Shown in pieces: positions 1-12,939 of a stretch of DNA of 64,000 nucleotides. Positions within the stretch are counted from its first letter, which is position 1; each line of letters starts with the position of its first letter. The position numbers were made by a program, and so were the translations under genes. Source of the DNA: Octopus sinensis (Eukaryota); NCBI RefSeq assembly GCF_006345805.1, contig NC_042998.1, positions 145,452,001-145,516,000 on the forward strand, written 5' to 3'. The notes below the pieces were generated by a model that saw nothing but the letters and a program-made list of their open reading frames with translations, was not told where the DNA came from and did no database searches.

Positions 1-42
1 CTATCTCTCTCAGTCTTTCTTTCCCCTCTCTCGTTCGTACTT

Positions 43-221
43 TCTTTCTTTCTCTCTCTCTCTCTCTGTCTATATATATATATATATATACATGTGTATA
101 CATATACATACATACATACATGCGTTCATACATACATATATGTATGTATATATATATATAATATATATATATTATTATATATATATATATATATTATATA
201 TATATATATTATATTATATAT

Positions 222-303
<82 letters not shown>
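43..303. repeat. Compound microsatellite (CT)n/(TA)n/(TACA)n
   Basis: Direct reading; irregular (TA)n tract. Confidence 0.95.
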
Positions 304-307
<4 letters not shown>

Positions 308-447
308 CAACATAAACCTAAATATTGGCAAATATATATTCACATTGTGGAAACGTTATATAGATCTAAAAATGGCGGATTGAGTGGATAACTATAAAAT
401 CATGACAATCTACTTGGAGTAGGGCAACGATTTTCCTTTGTTGTTAT

Positions 448-517
448 AATGATAATGATGGTGATGATGATGATAATGACGATGACGACGACGATGATGA
501 TGATGATGATGATGATG

Positions 518-578
<61 letters not shown>
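448..578. repeat. (GAT)n(AAT)n microsatellite
   Basis: Direct reading. Confidence 0.95.
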
Positions 579-579
<1 letters not shown>

Positions 580-580
580 G

Positions 581-1206
581 TTTTCTCCTATAGGCACAGG
601 GCCTGAAATATTCTTGGGGAGGGGGTTAGTCGATAACATCGACCCTAATGTACTGATACTTATTTCATTGATGCCAAAAAGATAAAAAGCAACGTCAACC
701 TTGTGGGAATTTGAACTCAGAACACAAGGACCGACGAAATGCCGCTAAGTATTTAGCCCGGTGTACTAACGATTCTTATTTCTTTACTGTCTACAAGGGG
801 CTACACACAGAGGGGACAAACAAGGACAGAAAAATGGATTAAGTCGGTTATATCGGCCCCAGAGCGTAACTGGTACTTATTTAATCGACCCCGAAAGGAT
901 GAAAGGCAAAGTCGACGTAGCGGCAGAAGAAATACCGCTAAGCATTTCGCCCGGCGTGCTAACGTTTCTGCGAGTTTGCCGCCTTCAATAATAATCCTTT
1001 CCACAAAAGGCACAGAGCCTGAAATTTGCGGGGAGGGCGTAAATTGTTTACATCGAGCCCAGTGCGTAAAGGTACTTATTTAATAGACCCCGGAAGAATG
1101 AAAGTCAAAGTTGACCTCGGCAGAATTTGAACAGAACGTAGCGAGAGACGAAATACTGCTAAGCATTGCACCCGGCGTGCTAACGATTCTGCCAGCTCGT
1201 CGCCTT
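581..1206 (-). mobile_element. Three tandem tRNA-derived SINE copies (family A), about 581-776, 778-985, 996-1206
   Basis: The reverse complement reads AAGGCGGCGAGCTGGCAGAATCGTTAG (A box)...GTTCAAATTC (B box)...GTCGACTTTGCCTTTCATCCTTTCGGGGTCGAT; the same sequence recurs more than 25 times in the window. Confidence 0.9.
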
Positions 1207-1245
1207 CAATATTAATAATAGTAATAATAATAATAACAACAATAA

Positions 1246-2320
1246 TAATGGTCATAACGAAGTCAAGAAAGCTTCTAGCGTTACATAGAGTCCATCATCC
1301 ACGTTCAGACACTGATCGCCTATTCATGAAGAGGGCAAATGGAGGAAGGGGACTGATAAGTGTAGAAGACTGCGTACGTTTTGAAGTCAAGCGCTTAATG
1401 AGATACCTAGGAAACCTTGCTAGTGTCAGTTAGGAATGAGGAAATATTGAAAGCAGAGAAAATAGGAAAAACAAAGGAAAAAGTACAAAAAGGACATGAA
1501 GAAGAATTACGCAACAAGAAACTACACAATCAGTTCCATGTAGCCACAACAAGAATGGCTGGGAAACATAGGTGAGATTGGCTGAAGAAAAAAACACTGA
1601 AAAAAAAGAAACTGAGAGCACTATACTGGCAGTGCAAGACGAAGCTTTGGCCACAAATTGGAGGGTCAACTTTAGGAATGAGCAAGTGTCTCCGCTGTGC
1701 CATATCTGTAATAGAGTGGATGAAACCATTACCCATATCACGAACGAATGCCCTAGACTTGCTCAAAACCACTACAAGTTGTGATTACACGATCAGGTAG
1801 CAAAAGTATTACATTGGAAACTGCAAAAAGTGGGGGCTAAAAAGGCCAAACGTGGTATGAGCACAAAATGCAGAAGGTGGCTGAGTCGGAGACTAGCAAA
1901 ATCCTCTGAGATTTCCCAATCCAAACAGATCAGGTGCTAGAGCATAACAAACCGGACATAGTGGTGGTCAACAAGATGCATCACATGTGTTATATAGCTG
2001 TTGTTGCGTGCCCCTTTGACCCACGAATAGTCAAGAAGGAAGGCGAAATCATAGATAAATACAATCCGCTTAAGTACGAAATAGCCCGGTTATAGAAAAT
2101 GAAGAAGATGAAGATAGTGCCAATTATTATCATTGGGGACAGTATCAGTAGGCATCAAGAGAAATATAAACAAAATTGGAATACAGTGCCCAGTAGAACT
2201 GTTACAAAAGGTTTGCCTCATTAGCAGGCCAAAATAATCAGAAAAGTATTAGATAGTTGAAAAGAACAGATAACATGGTACCGTAGGCTGCAGGTAGCAA
2301 GCCCGCTACGCATGCAAAAC
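1246..2320 (+). mobile_element. 5'-truncated, frameshifted R4/Dong-clade non-LTR retrotransposon (RT C-terminus, CCHC knuckle, RLE endonuclease, 3' UTR)
   Basis: HPRSDTDRLFMKRANGGRGL; CHICNRVDETITHITNEC zinc knuckle; downstream HNKPDIVV and KY..L..EI..VPI RLE motifs; 5' end abuts (AAT)n. Confidence 0.88.
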
Positions 2321-2321
2321 G

Positions 2322-2532
2322 GTTTCAAAATTTGCCACCAGGACAGCCATTTGGGGGGAGGGGATAAGTAAATTGCATCGACCCCAGTGTTTCAATAGTA
2401 CTTAATTTATCTAGTCCGAAAAGATGAAAGACAAAGTCAACCTCGGCGGAATTTGAACTCAGAACGTAGCGACGGACGAAATACTGCTAAACATATCGTC
2501 CAGCGTATTAATATTTCTACCCGCTCGCCGCC

Positions 2533-2589
<57 letters not shown>

Positions 2590-2620
2590 TAATAATAATA
2601 ATATAATAATAATAATGATG

Positions 2621-2679
<59 letters not shown>

Positions 2680-2884
2680 CCTTTCTACTGGAAGCACAAG
2701 GCCTCAAATTTGGGAGAAGGGATTAAATCGATTACATCGACTTCAGTGCGTACTAGTTTTATCGACCCTGAAAGGATGAAAAGCAAAGTCGACCTCGGCA
2801 GAATTTGAACTCAGAACGTAAGAACGTACAAAATACCGCTAAGCACTTCATCCAGCGTGTTAACGATTCTACCCGCTTGCCGCC

Positions 2885-2886
<2 letters not shown>
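2322..2886 (-). mobile_element. Two family A SINE copies (2322-2534, 2680-2886) separated by (AAT)n 2535-2679
   Basis: Same head, core and tail sequence as 581-1206. Confidence 0.9.
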
Positions 2887-2947
<61 letters not shown>

Positions 2948-3009
2948 TAACATAACAATAATAATGATGATGATGATAATGATGATGATGATGATGATGA
3001 TGATGGTGA

Positions 3010-3175
3010 CACAAGGGCATTAATAATAATGACACAGGAGGCTGAAGTCGATCCGAGTGCTTGTCTGGTATTTAATTTATTGACTACAAATGGATGCCAG
3101 CCAAAATTGGCCCCGTTAGATTTTGAACTAAGAATGTAAAGAGCCGTAAAATATGTTGCTAAGCAGTTTATCCGA
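3010..3175 (-). mobile_element. Degenerate family A SINE
   Basis: Diverged match, e.g. TTTTGAACTAAGAATGTAAAGAG...GCTAAGCA. Confidence 0.6.
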
Positions 3176-3582
3176 AATTTTATTAAAAACTAGTTAAATA
3201 CAGTTCAACAAAGCCAGGTATTTAACGTGTTCTGATGCGGAATTTTGCTCATTATATTGCAATGCAACTATACGTATTTACATGCATACTTTTAACTGTG
3301 TAGTACATTCTAAACCGGTAATGTATCTAAATACAGATTACGAAACAGCTGTTAACATATGGAATAAGTATGTCAATTTCTCACATTTACTGAATTTGAT
3401 TAATTATTAAATACTCTCCAACGTTGTAACTCCCAGATTTTCAGAAGAACGGTGGCATTAATTTTACACCCTAAACTCAAGAACTGTCTTCTAGACAACC
3501 GAACACCCAGCGGAAAGCTGATTCTTTAAGTATTACATATACATACATACATGCATACATACACATATACCTATATATATAT

Positions 3583-3624
<42 letters not shown>

Positions 3625-3665
3625 ACACACATACATACATATAATATATATATATATATATAATA

Positions 3666-3966
3666 TATAGCAAATTTCGAAGTAAATGAAAAATAAAAAC
3701 CTTTACCTTGTTATGTAACGGTTATACCATGGCTTCGAATTTCTTTAGCAAATAATATTGCATGCCATCTTTTAATAGATAATTTAGCAAGACCATATTA
3801 TCTACCAGTCGAATTCTCGTCAGTAACCGGCCTAAACAACTAACTTATAATTCAGAGACAAGATAACACGTGTCCCATCATTATATGCGATAACTTTTCA
3901 AATATCGAGCGCAGGCGCATTTACAGTCAGCAATTTTATTTTTCATTTACTTCGAAATTTGCTATA
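3666..3966. mobile_element. About 300-bp element with perfect 33-bp terminal inverted repeats (MITE-like, or a Penelope-like end with an inverted copy)
   Basis: 3666-3698 TATAGCAAATTTCGAAGTAAATGAAAAATAAAA is the exact reverse complement of 3934-3966; the outer TA may be a TSD. Confidence 0.8.
3719..3829 (-). ncRNA. Type I hammerhead ribozyme motif with one core lesion (A15.1G)
   Basis: Minus strand: CGGUUA-CUGACGA-GAAUU...AAUUC-GAAG-CCAUGG-UA/UAACCG; 6-bp stem I, 5-bp basal stem II starting with G-C, palindromic stem III. Confidence 0.7.
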
Positions 3967-4119
3967 AAATTGTGGTTTTTGGCCGTGTTTGGCTGCTATT
4001 TTTAGCATGTAAAAATTACCTGTTAAAGGGTAATTTTCTATTTTGAAACGAATATTTTGTCGATTGACTTTTTATACCTGCTAGGTCACTGGTGGTGATA
4101 TTTATAACGAGTATTCGCC

Positions 4120-4194
<75 letters not shown>

Positions 4195-4408
4195 GTTATG
4201 AGAGGTAATGGTGTCAAGAAGACCCAAAGGTGTCAGGTAATGCTGAGTAAGTGCTATGGACAGACTATAGTTAAGCTCCAGGTTCGGTGATTATACGAAT
4301 GAGGAGTCCAACGTAGATCATATATTAGCATGCATATACATAAAAAATTAACAGAATAAGATAAAAATCCAAGGCTGTGAAAGATTTCAGAACATTTATA
4401 AAGAGAAG

Positions 4409-4456
4409 GTCTTACAACTGTTTTCAGGATATTTTATATATCTTTTCATCGGAGAC
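4409..4456 (-). ncRNA. Minimal type I hammerhead motif (CCGAUGA core, GAAA degraded)
   Basis: GUCU-CCGAUGA-A-AAGAUAU/AUAUCCU-GAAAAC-AGUU-GUA/AGAC; 4-bp stem I. Confidence 0.55.
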
Positions 4457-4494
4457 GGTGGAAGGAAAAGGTTCTTAACCATTGTCTCGCACCA

Positions 4495-4540
4495 TTTCCG
4501 ATGAAGGGACATATAAAATATCCCGGAAACAGCTGTAAGA
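4495..4540 (+). ncRNA. Minimal type I hammerhead motif (CCGAUGA core)
   Basis: UUU-CCGAUGA-A-GGGACAU/AUAUCCC-G-GAAAC-AGCU-GUA/AGA; palindromic stem III ACAGCUGU. Confidence 0.6.
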
Positions 4541-4603
4541 CCTTCTCTTTATAAATGTTCTGGAATCTTTCACAGCCTTGGATTTTTTTATCTCATTCTG
4601 TTA

Positions 4604-4642
<39 letters not shown>

Positions 4643-4834
4643 AATTTAGAAACTTTGAGAGACATGAAAATATTTCGTTTTTAACGGTGGAACTCGAAGT
4701 ACATAAAGCTATAATATTAACGTTTAAATATTACTTTTTGGATAGAAAAAGACGGACGCTGGATTGTATATATATATATATATAAACACACACACACACA
4801 CACATATATATACACAACTCATTAGACTGTAGTC

Positions 4835-5188
4835 TTGTAGGGGACCGCCCTAAAGAGTAATCGAATGAATCGACACTAATACATTTTTAAAACCTGGTAC
4901 TTATTCTATCGATCTCTTTTGTAGAACTGCTTAGTTTCGTGGACATAAGCACACCACCACCGGTTGTCAAGCGGTGGTGGGGAAGAAGCATAGACACATA
5001 TATACACACAAACGCACGTACAAACACCTATATACGATGGGCTTCTTTCAGTTTCCGTTTACCAAATCTAGTCAAAAGGCTTTGATCGGCCCGAGGCTAT
5101 CGTAGAAGACACATGCTCTAGGTGCCACGCAGTGGGAGTGAACTCGGAACCATGTGGTTGGGAAGCAAGCCTTTTACCACTCAGCCAG
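4835..5188 (-). mobile_element. tRNA-derived SINE family B (CORE-like block and internal microsatellite)
   Basis: The reverse complement begins GGCTGAGTGGTAAAAGGCTTGCTTCCCAACCACATGGTTCCGAGTTCACTCCC; homologous copies at 24812-25205 and 58630-59180. Confidence 0.85.
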
Positions 5189-5679
5189 GTCTACACATTC
5201 TTATAGATAATATTATTTAAGACTTTAGCATTTTACCCTAATCTTTTTAATTCATTATAAAACAAGCTTCTTCCACAATCCCTCAACGTACATGAACGTA
5301 TCTGGAACTTCATGTACTCAAACTTTGTAAAATATTAGCAGAAATCTTTCCCAATCATATTTGGTGTGTGTGTGTGTGTGTGAGCGCTTGCGTGCGTGTA
5401 TGCGTTTGAGTGTGCATGCGTAAGTGTGTGTTTGCGTATGCGTGTGTGTGTAAAGCATTGCGACACCATCTCGAAGTCTGAATACATATGAATAGATGAT
5501 AGCAACTCTATAAAAAAACGTAAAGACTATCGGAATAATGAATTATTATGAATAAACTATTTTTCTATTACATTTCGTTTATGGGAGCTTCAAAGTGTTG
5601 TTAAGTATTGTAAACTGTGTAGCAATGTGCTATAAAAATCTATGCAAGTTGCTATTAACATTGAATAACAATATGCGGA

Positions 5680-5923
5680 ACACACACACACACTCAAGCA
5701 CACACACACACTCAAGCACACACACACACACACACACACACACATGCACACACTCATATGCACACGCACATACACACACATATATAAACACACAGAGACA
5801 CACACATAACACACACCACACATACATAAATATATATGTATTCATATGTACATATATACATACATACACACACAGATATATATATATACATATATGCATA
5901 AAACATACATATATATATAAATG

Positions 5924-5955
<32 letters not shown>

Positions 5956-6300
5956 CGCGCGCATACTTACGCACGTGCACACGCAGACACTCACACTCAC
6001 ACGCACACACACACACACACACATACACACGTACATATATATGAAGTGTATTTATGCGCACGCATACACATAGGTTTGCGTGTGGTTATGTGCGTATAGA
6101 ATCAGATTGTTCGTAAGTCCGTTTGTTGCGAGTTTCGTTTGTGAGTACATGCCCGTTCGTGTATGTGTGTGTATGAGTGTGTGTGCTCGCGCGTTTGCGT
6201 TTGTGTGTGTGTGTATGGGTGTATGTGTATGTGTGCGTGCGTGAGTGTGTGTGTGTGTATGTGTGCGTGTGTTTATGTGTTTGAGTGTGTGAAGTTTTGC
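5680..6300. repeat. (CA)n/(TG)n-rich compound simple repeats
   Basis: Direct reading. Confidence 0.9.
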
Positions 6301-6484
6301 TCTGGTGGGAGCGTTTCACTGCATCTGTGAAGAGATAGTTCATATAATATAACTGGTTGTATGGTTTAGTTGTTGGAGAGAGTTTCACATCTCTATCAAC
6401 TTTTCTTGCTTTCTCTCGCCCACTCTTTCTACCTTTCTCTCCCGCTCTATGTCTTTCTGTCTCTCTGCCTTCCTCTCTTTATTT

Positions 6485-6645
<161 letters not shown>

Positions 6646-7313
6646 TGTCTAACTATCTGTCTAACACTAGTTCACTTTTAAAGTATAATCTAACGTATAA
6701 CAGAAACATTAATATTTTTTTTTAATGTGTTTCACTATAAAATATACAACATAGACACTTTTCTTCGTATAATGTTTCCATTTCGGAATCAAAAAAGATG
6801 GTGATTTAATTCATCATATTCAACAGTGTGAAGTGGTTTGCGATATTTATTCATTTAGTTGAGCCATTAAGAGAATTGAAGTTCACGATGCCATGTCAGT
6901 CGGAATTTGTTGCAATGATACTTGGAACATGAACTGTTTGGCGTTCATTGTTATATTAACACATATTTACAACATCGTCTCTGATATTTAATGAAGGTTG
7001 TGGAGTGGAGACAAGAAAAAAAGAAATAAAAAAGAAATAACTGAATTGTAACTAGTTTGTCATTGGCTTACTGAATGTACGCAAATGATAACGATGTCGT
7101 CTGCTTGTTCGAATACGTAATTGGAAAATACATATGAATGTTTTAACTGAGTTCTTTATTTCCTTGTTTTTTTTTTCTTCATGAATTAAAGCCATTTTGT
7201 TATTTAGAAGAGAGTCGCTTACGATTGCATTATGACAACTGGAAGAGGCGATAGAACTCTACTCTTTATAGATTATATTGCTGTTATGTACTGTAGGACG
7301 TATCTGTTGATAT

Positions 7314-7422
7314 TCTTTTCTACTTTTTGTGGGAGGGGGGCCAGTCGATTAGATCGACCCCAGTACGCAACTGGTACCTAATTTATCGACCCCATAAGCA
7401 GGAAAGGCAAAGTCGACCTCCG
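7314..7422 (-). mobile_element. 5'-truncated family A SINE
   Basis: GTCGATTAGATCGACCCCAGTACGCAACTGGTAC...GGCAAAGTCGACCTC. Confidence 0.85.
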
Positions 7423-7574
7423 TATCTGTAGATATTAATGAGTAGCACGAAGATTGTAAACAATACGTTTATGCGACAGTCGTATTAACAAATATATCGA
7501 TAAATGTGTTCTATAGTACACGAGCTATGAGACGAAACAACAATATACGTTCTAAATATATGATATACGTCGCA

Positions 7575-7695
7575 TTGTCCTGGGGAGTTATCCCTGCAGT
7601 GGACCGGCATCCTGTTCGGCGGAGTGTGTTGTTATGTGTCTCATACTTATGGAAAGCAGGTTAAGCTCCGGCCTTATGAGACCTAGGATTCACGA
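7575..7695 (+). mobile_element. Old SINE fragment resembling V-domain-type SINE bodies
   Basis: CCCTGCAGTGGACCGGCATCCTGTTC...AAGCTCCGGCCTTATG resembles, from recall, CCTGCGATGGACTGGCATCC...AAGCTCCGGCCTGATG. Confidence 0.4.
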
Positions 7696-8274
7696 GAGAC
7701 CCAATTTATTTTTACATATATACAAGGAAAAATCTTGTAAGAAAGTACAAGTCTTTTCCCTTATATTTAAGTAGAGAACTAAAAGTGATTAGCTATTTAT
7801 TTATATACAAGGCAAACAAATGAACATCAATTTTCCAGCCATAAGATTCAAATTTGTTTCATCTATAACATCAATAACCGCCAAGAAACCATGGTTGTCA
7901 TAACATCATGCTTCTCTTTTGACTTTCTGTCCCCCTTTTTTCACATACACCACCATTTTTTTCTTATATTTAACGGCTGAGATTGAAAGCCAAAATATGC
8001 ATTGAGATTTAGTTTTCGCCAAGAAATGTAAATTATTTTTGTAAAATCTAGCCTTAGTTTCAGTTTTGAATCTAGTGTGTATATTGATTTCTTCTTTTTT
8101 TTCAAGCGGCTGTAACGGAGATATGTCTCTGTATCCTATTAGCTTTGGTAGGTCCTCACTTCCATGTTATATGTCTTTGCCAATGACAGCAACGTAATGG
8201 TATCATCTTTGTCCTCTATTGACCCAATGATACATTGACAGCTGGAGAGAGAGAAAGAGGGAGCCGCAACGATA

Positions 8275-8425
8275 CCCAACTGGTTCATATTTGCAACACA
8301 GATGACTGGAGCAACGGAAATTTGAAGTGCTTTACACAAGGATACAATGCTTTGCCTGGTCTAGGAACTGAACATCTGGCCTTATGATCATAAGCCGAAC
8401 TCCATAACCATTAGGCCACGCGTCT
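8275..8425 (-). mobile_element. Degenerate tRNA-derived SINE (family C-like head)
   Basis: GGAGCAACGGAAATTTGAAGTGC...ACCATTAGGCCACGCG matches the reverse complement of the 29354 head. Confidence 0.65.
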
Positions 8426-8711
8426 TACTAATAATATTTCATATAAAATAACAACAGTCACGAAGAAACGTAAGTGACAATGCTTCACAATATATGTAAA
8501 CAAACTAGAGGTCACTTGTATAATAATATGGCGTCCGGCAGCAGTCCGATAAGCAAAATAAGAATTTAATAAGCTGTATAGTATGATATACTGATCTGTA
8601 ATATAATATATGCTGTCATTATAAGAATTTAAAATTATTATTTAAAAACTTCGGAAGATATCAAATAAATTGTTTTAATGGTGGAACTCGAAGTAGATAA
8701 TGCTATAAATA

Positions 8712-9046
8712 TTTCCCTACTATATGCATAGGGCCTGGATTTTTCAGGAAGGGAGGCAGTCGATTCTATCGACTCCAGTGATTGATTGGTACTTAATTTA
8801 TAGACGTCGAAAGATTTATCTTTTATGATAATGATTCGAAATTTTGGCAAAAGGCAGGGGAATTTTGGACGAGGAGATGAGACAATTGGATTGACCTCCG
8901 TGTTTAACTGGTATTTATTTATCGGTCGCGAAAGGGATGAAACGCAAAGTTAACTCAACGGAATTTGAACTCAGAGCGTAAGGACCGACGAAATGCTGCT
9001 AAGCATAGTGCCTGGTGTGCTAATGATTCTGGCACCTCGCTACCTT
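8712..9046 (-). mobile_element. Two family A SINE copies in tandem
   Basis: Matches family A; followed by (AAT)n(GAT)n at 9047-9180. Confidence 0.8.
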
Positions 9047-9059
9047 AATAATAATAATA

Positions 9060-9164
<105 letters not shown>

Positions 9165-9180
9165 GTAATAACAACAATAA

Positions 9181-9946
9181 TCAGGACTCAAAACAGAGAC
9201 AGAGGGATTTTTAATTGAAGCACAAGACCAAAGACTCCACACCAGAAATTACCAAAAACATGTAATGAAAAGAAATATAACAAGTAACTGCAGAATATGT
9301 GGAGATGGACAAGAAACAATAAATCATATTATCACTGGCTGCCCAGTCCTGGCTAAGAAGGAATATATTCACAGACATGACAGAGTTGGAACCTACATAC
9401 ACTGGAAGCTATGCCAACATTATGGAATAACAACAGAAAAAGATGGTGTGGGCACACACCAGAAAAGGTCACAGAAAATGAGAAAGCAACCATGCTCTGT
9501 GATATGCCAATACACACAGATAGAGAAATTAAGGCCAACAGATGAGATATAATTGTCAGAGATTATGAAGAAAAAAAAATGCTTTCTAATTGATGTATCA
9601 ATACCAGCAGATAACAACGTTTCTCTAAAAAAAATGGAGAAACTTTCAAAGTACAAAGACCTGGAAATAGAGGTAACTAGAATGTGGAATCTAAAAACAG
9701 AAACAATTCCTATCATAGTAGGTGCATTTGGCATGATAAAAAAATATTCAGACAAATACATAGCAAAAACACCAGGACTTACAAACACATTCAACATACA
9801 GAAAATTGCACTACTAGGCACTGCACACATCCTACGCAGAACACTTTCAATACAGTAACCATCAGAGCATCACAACAAATCACAGCACATAAAGCTGCGC
9901 TCGGTAGTGAAGTGAAAGCACGCTATAAAAATAAAACTACGGAATG
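9181..9946 (+). mobile_element. 5'-truncated R4/Dong LINE 3' end (CCHC knuckle, RLE, 3' UTR) within an (AAT)n tract
   Basis: CRICGDGQETINHIITGC..LAKKEYIHRHDRV..YIHWKLC; IDVSIPAD..KYKDLEIEVTRMW..TIPIIVGA; (AAT)n on both sides. Confidence 0.92.
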
Positions 9947-9960
9947 ATAATAATAATAAT

Positions 9961-10058
9961 AGGTCGACTTTGCTTGTCATCCTTTAGGAGTCGATAAATT
10001 GTATACTGGGATCGATCTAATCCCGAAAAATTTCGGGCCTTGTGCCTAGAGTAGAAAA
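9961..10058 (+). mobile_element. 5'-truncated family A SINE
   Basis: AGGTCGACTTTGCTTGTCATCC...GGCCTTGTGCCTAGAGTAGAAAAG. Confidence 0.8.
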
Positions 10059-10330
10059 GAATAAGAATAATAGCATGTACAATATTGGCTTAAAAAAACA
10101 CTTCTAAGCAGAAAAATTCGATGGCTAAACGCATCTGTCATGATGCTGAAAATGCGGGTTCGTATTCCACGGGCAATCTTCAACTTTTTTCGATCCAATG
10201 TTTTTTTTTAACGCAGTCTTCTACATGCCATTATTTACTTCAACTTCTATCATTAAAACGATAATGTAACATAATACAATATATATGATATAATATAATA
10301 TAATATAATATATATGATATATATATATAG

Positions 10331-10393
<63 letters not shown>

Positions 10394-10637
10394 AATGCAA
10401 TACAATATAATGTAATGAAATCTTTACTTATAAATTTGAATATATATTTAAATAATGGTAAAGAAACAAAATTTAGAAAGCTTTAAATTTCAAGTATCAT
10501 CAGTATCTGTAATTATAGCAATTCTGCGACAAAAATTCCGTAATACTTTATGCAACATCTTAAGTTATATATGAAAATCCACTTTAATATAACAATAAAT
10601 AAAGTTATAGCTGATATATATATATATAATATATATG

Positions 10638-10670
<33 letters not shown>

Positions 10671-10720
10671 TATACATACATGCATGCATGCATGCATGCA
10701 TACATACATACATACATACA

Positions 10721-10756
<36 letters not shown>

Positions 10757-11289
10757 TAACGGTTTAAATTTCTTAATATGTTCGAATTTAATTGCAAAAC
10801 GTACGTTGTGTATTTTAGTTAGAGCTAAAGATAGAGTTGAAAGTTTTTTAAGGTATATAATGAAATTTCATAAGGAGCTCAATACATCAGACTTTGAAAG
10901 GATCTGATCGTGGGGAGGGATATGAATGAGAAGCGGAAACAGGGCTTTTAATTTTTTTTTAATAAATGATCTATATGGTGTGGGTTATAAGCTATTGAAT
11001 ACGACATTAGCACCATCTATATGAAAAATATTATTTAAGTTAGTGTCAAGATATTAGTGTCTCTCCAGGCAAACCGACACATGCAAAATAATAACGCGCT
11101 AAAGTGCATGCAGTTGTGTGTGTACGTAGTATATAGTTACACACCATCTCCATATATATGTACGCATGTACGTATGTATGTATGTATGTATGTATGTATG
11201 TATGTATGTATGTATGTATGTATGTATGTATGTATGTATGCATGGATGCATTGCATGCATGTATGTATGTGTGTGTATGCATGTATGTT

Positions 11290-11425
11290 TTGTTTTTCTT
11301 CCTGCAGGGTGTCCAATAAACACCCTCCTCACCAGGCAGGCTTGGTGGGGTTGCCGGTTTAGTCGCCAACGACCCGACCATGCAACAGGTTGTACTGGGT
11401 TACATGTTACCAGTAGCACTCGAAG
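11290..11425 (+). mobile_element. Unclassified retroposon-like 3' end followed by (TACA)n; diverged inverted homologue at about 14500-14600
   Basis: CCCTCCTCACCAGGCAGGCTTGGTGGGG...TAGTCGCCAACGACCCGAC aligns with the reverse complement of 14500-14600 at roughly 75%. Confidence 0.55.
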
Positions 11426-11475
11426 GTGAACTGACATAACATACATACAACATACATACATACATAATACATACA

Positions 11476-11507
<32 letters not shown>

Positions 11508-11561
11508 CAACACACAGACACAAACACACATATATATGTATGTATGCATAATATATATATA

Positions 11562-11634
<73 letters not shown>

Positions 11635-11807
11635 TAATATATATATATATGTATTGGCAGGGCTGGCTGCTATATACACATATATTAGAATTTTCTCTGA
11701 CTTCTCAGATTTTTTGTATGCTAGACTACTGGTTTTAAATTGATATTAAAATTAATATTAATTTATCTCCCTCATTATTTAAATATATATATATATATAT
11801 ATATATA

Positions 11808-11965
11808 AAGGCTCAGGCGTGGGTGTGTGGTTGGAAGTTTGCATCTCAACCACATGATTCCGGGATCGTGTTACACTGTAGCGCATCTTGGACAAATATT
11901 TTCAATTAAAGCAGTGCCACTGCATGGCTGTACTCTAATGACTGAAACAAGTAAACGATAAAAAA
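11808..11965 (+). mobile_element. Internally deleted, degenerate family B SINE
   Basis: Family B head and TGACTGAAACAAGTAAA tail. Confidence 0.7.
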
Positions 11966-12862
11966 TAGATGAGTGTGTATGTGTGCTGAGGTTGAGAGAC
12001 AGGGAGAAATAATATCAATATAACTTGAAAATATTATTTTTTTTACTAGATTATGAATTGAATCTTGTGCATTAAACGACACTTTTTAATGAATTTTCAA
12101 TCATTTCGTTTCTTTTTAAATTTGGAAATTAAAATTTATTCCTCTTGTATGATATTCTATTGTGTGTAAATGAATATATGTGTATTTGTATATGTTTGTG
12201 AATGTGCATTGCATGTGTGCAAGTATGTATTTTATGTGTACGTTTCGTTATTGCTTTTATGAATCCAACCAAGACACAGGAAGAGAAAAAAAAAGTAAGA
12301 ATATAAAAGAAGAAAGAATAAATTAATGATACATAGAGAAAAGAAGAAAAGTATAATACAATACTAAAAGACGTGTAAAAACACGAAATGAAACCGAAAC
12401 GAAATCAAACTAAAATAAAGAGAATATAAAGGCTAGCACAAACGAAACGTAACTGCTTCATTTAGACCTACGCATAATGGTTGAACTTCAGAGGCTGGTT
12501 GTGAATAGATGTCTGTCATATGATGGGATGTTAGAGATGAAAAATAGAGCAGAGAACATCGGATAAGAACAAAAAATTGGATAAAGAAAGCTAAAACTAA
12601 ATAAATAAAAGAACTTTTGCACGAATGTTTTACAGCAGAGAATCATTCTTTACTAGTAATGTTTCATTGCGCGTGACTGAGCGTCTTTTGTCCAATAAAA
12701 ACAGAGGCGAAAACCACCTTTTATTAATTTACGTGTGCGCGAACTCACATCTACACACGCGAATGTATATGCATGTGTGTATGCGTTTTTGTATGCATAA
12801 TAGAAGTACATGTATATATAGACGTACATATATATATATGTATATATACTAATATATATATG

Positions 12863-12939
<77 letters not shown>

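Larger units (their letters stand above)
4190..4603. mobile_element. Penelope-like terminal repeat with an inverted partial copy (arms 4349-4453 and 4497-4603)
   Basis: Arms of 105/107 bp with about 8 substitutions and one 2-nt indel; each arm carries a hammerhead motif; flanked by (TA)n on both sides. Confidence 0.7.

Noticed and set aside
2535-2886. Repeat-spacer-like alternation of SINEs and AAT tracts as a CRISPR-like array
   Set aside because: Eukaryotic SINE chain with units of about 200 bp, divergent and irregularly spaced; no cas-like genes
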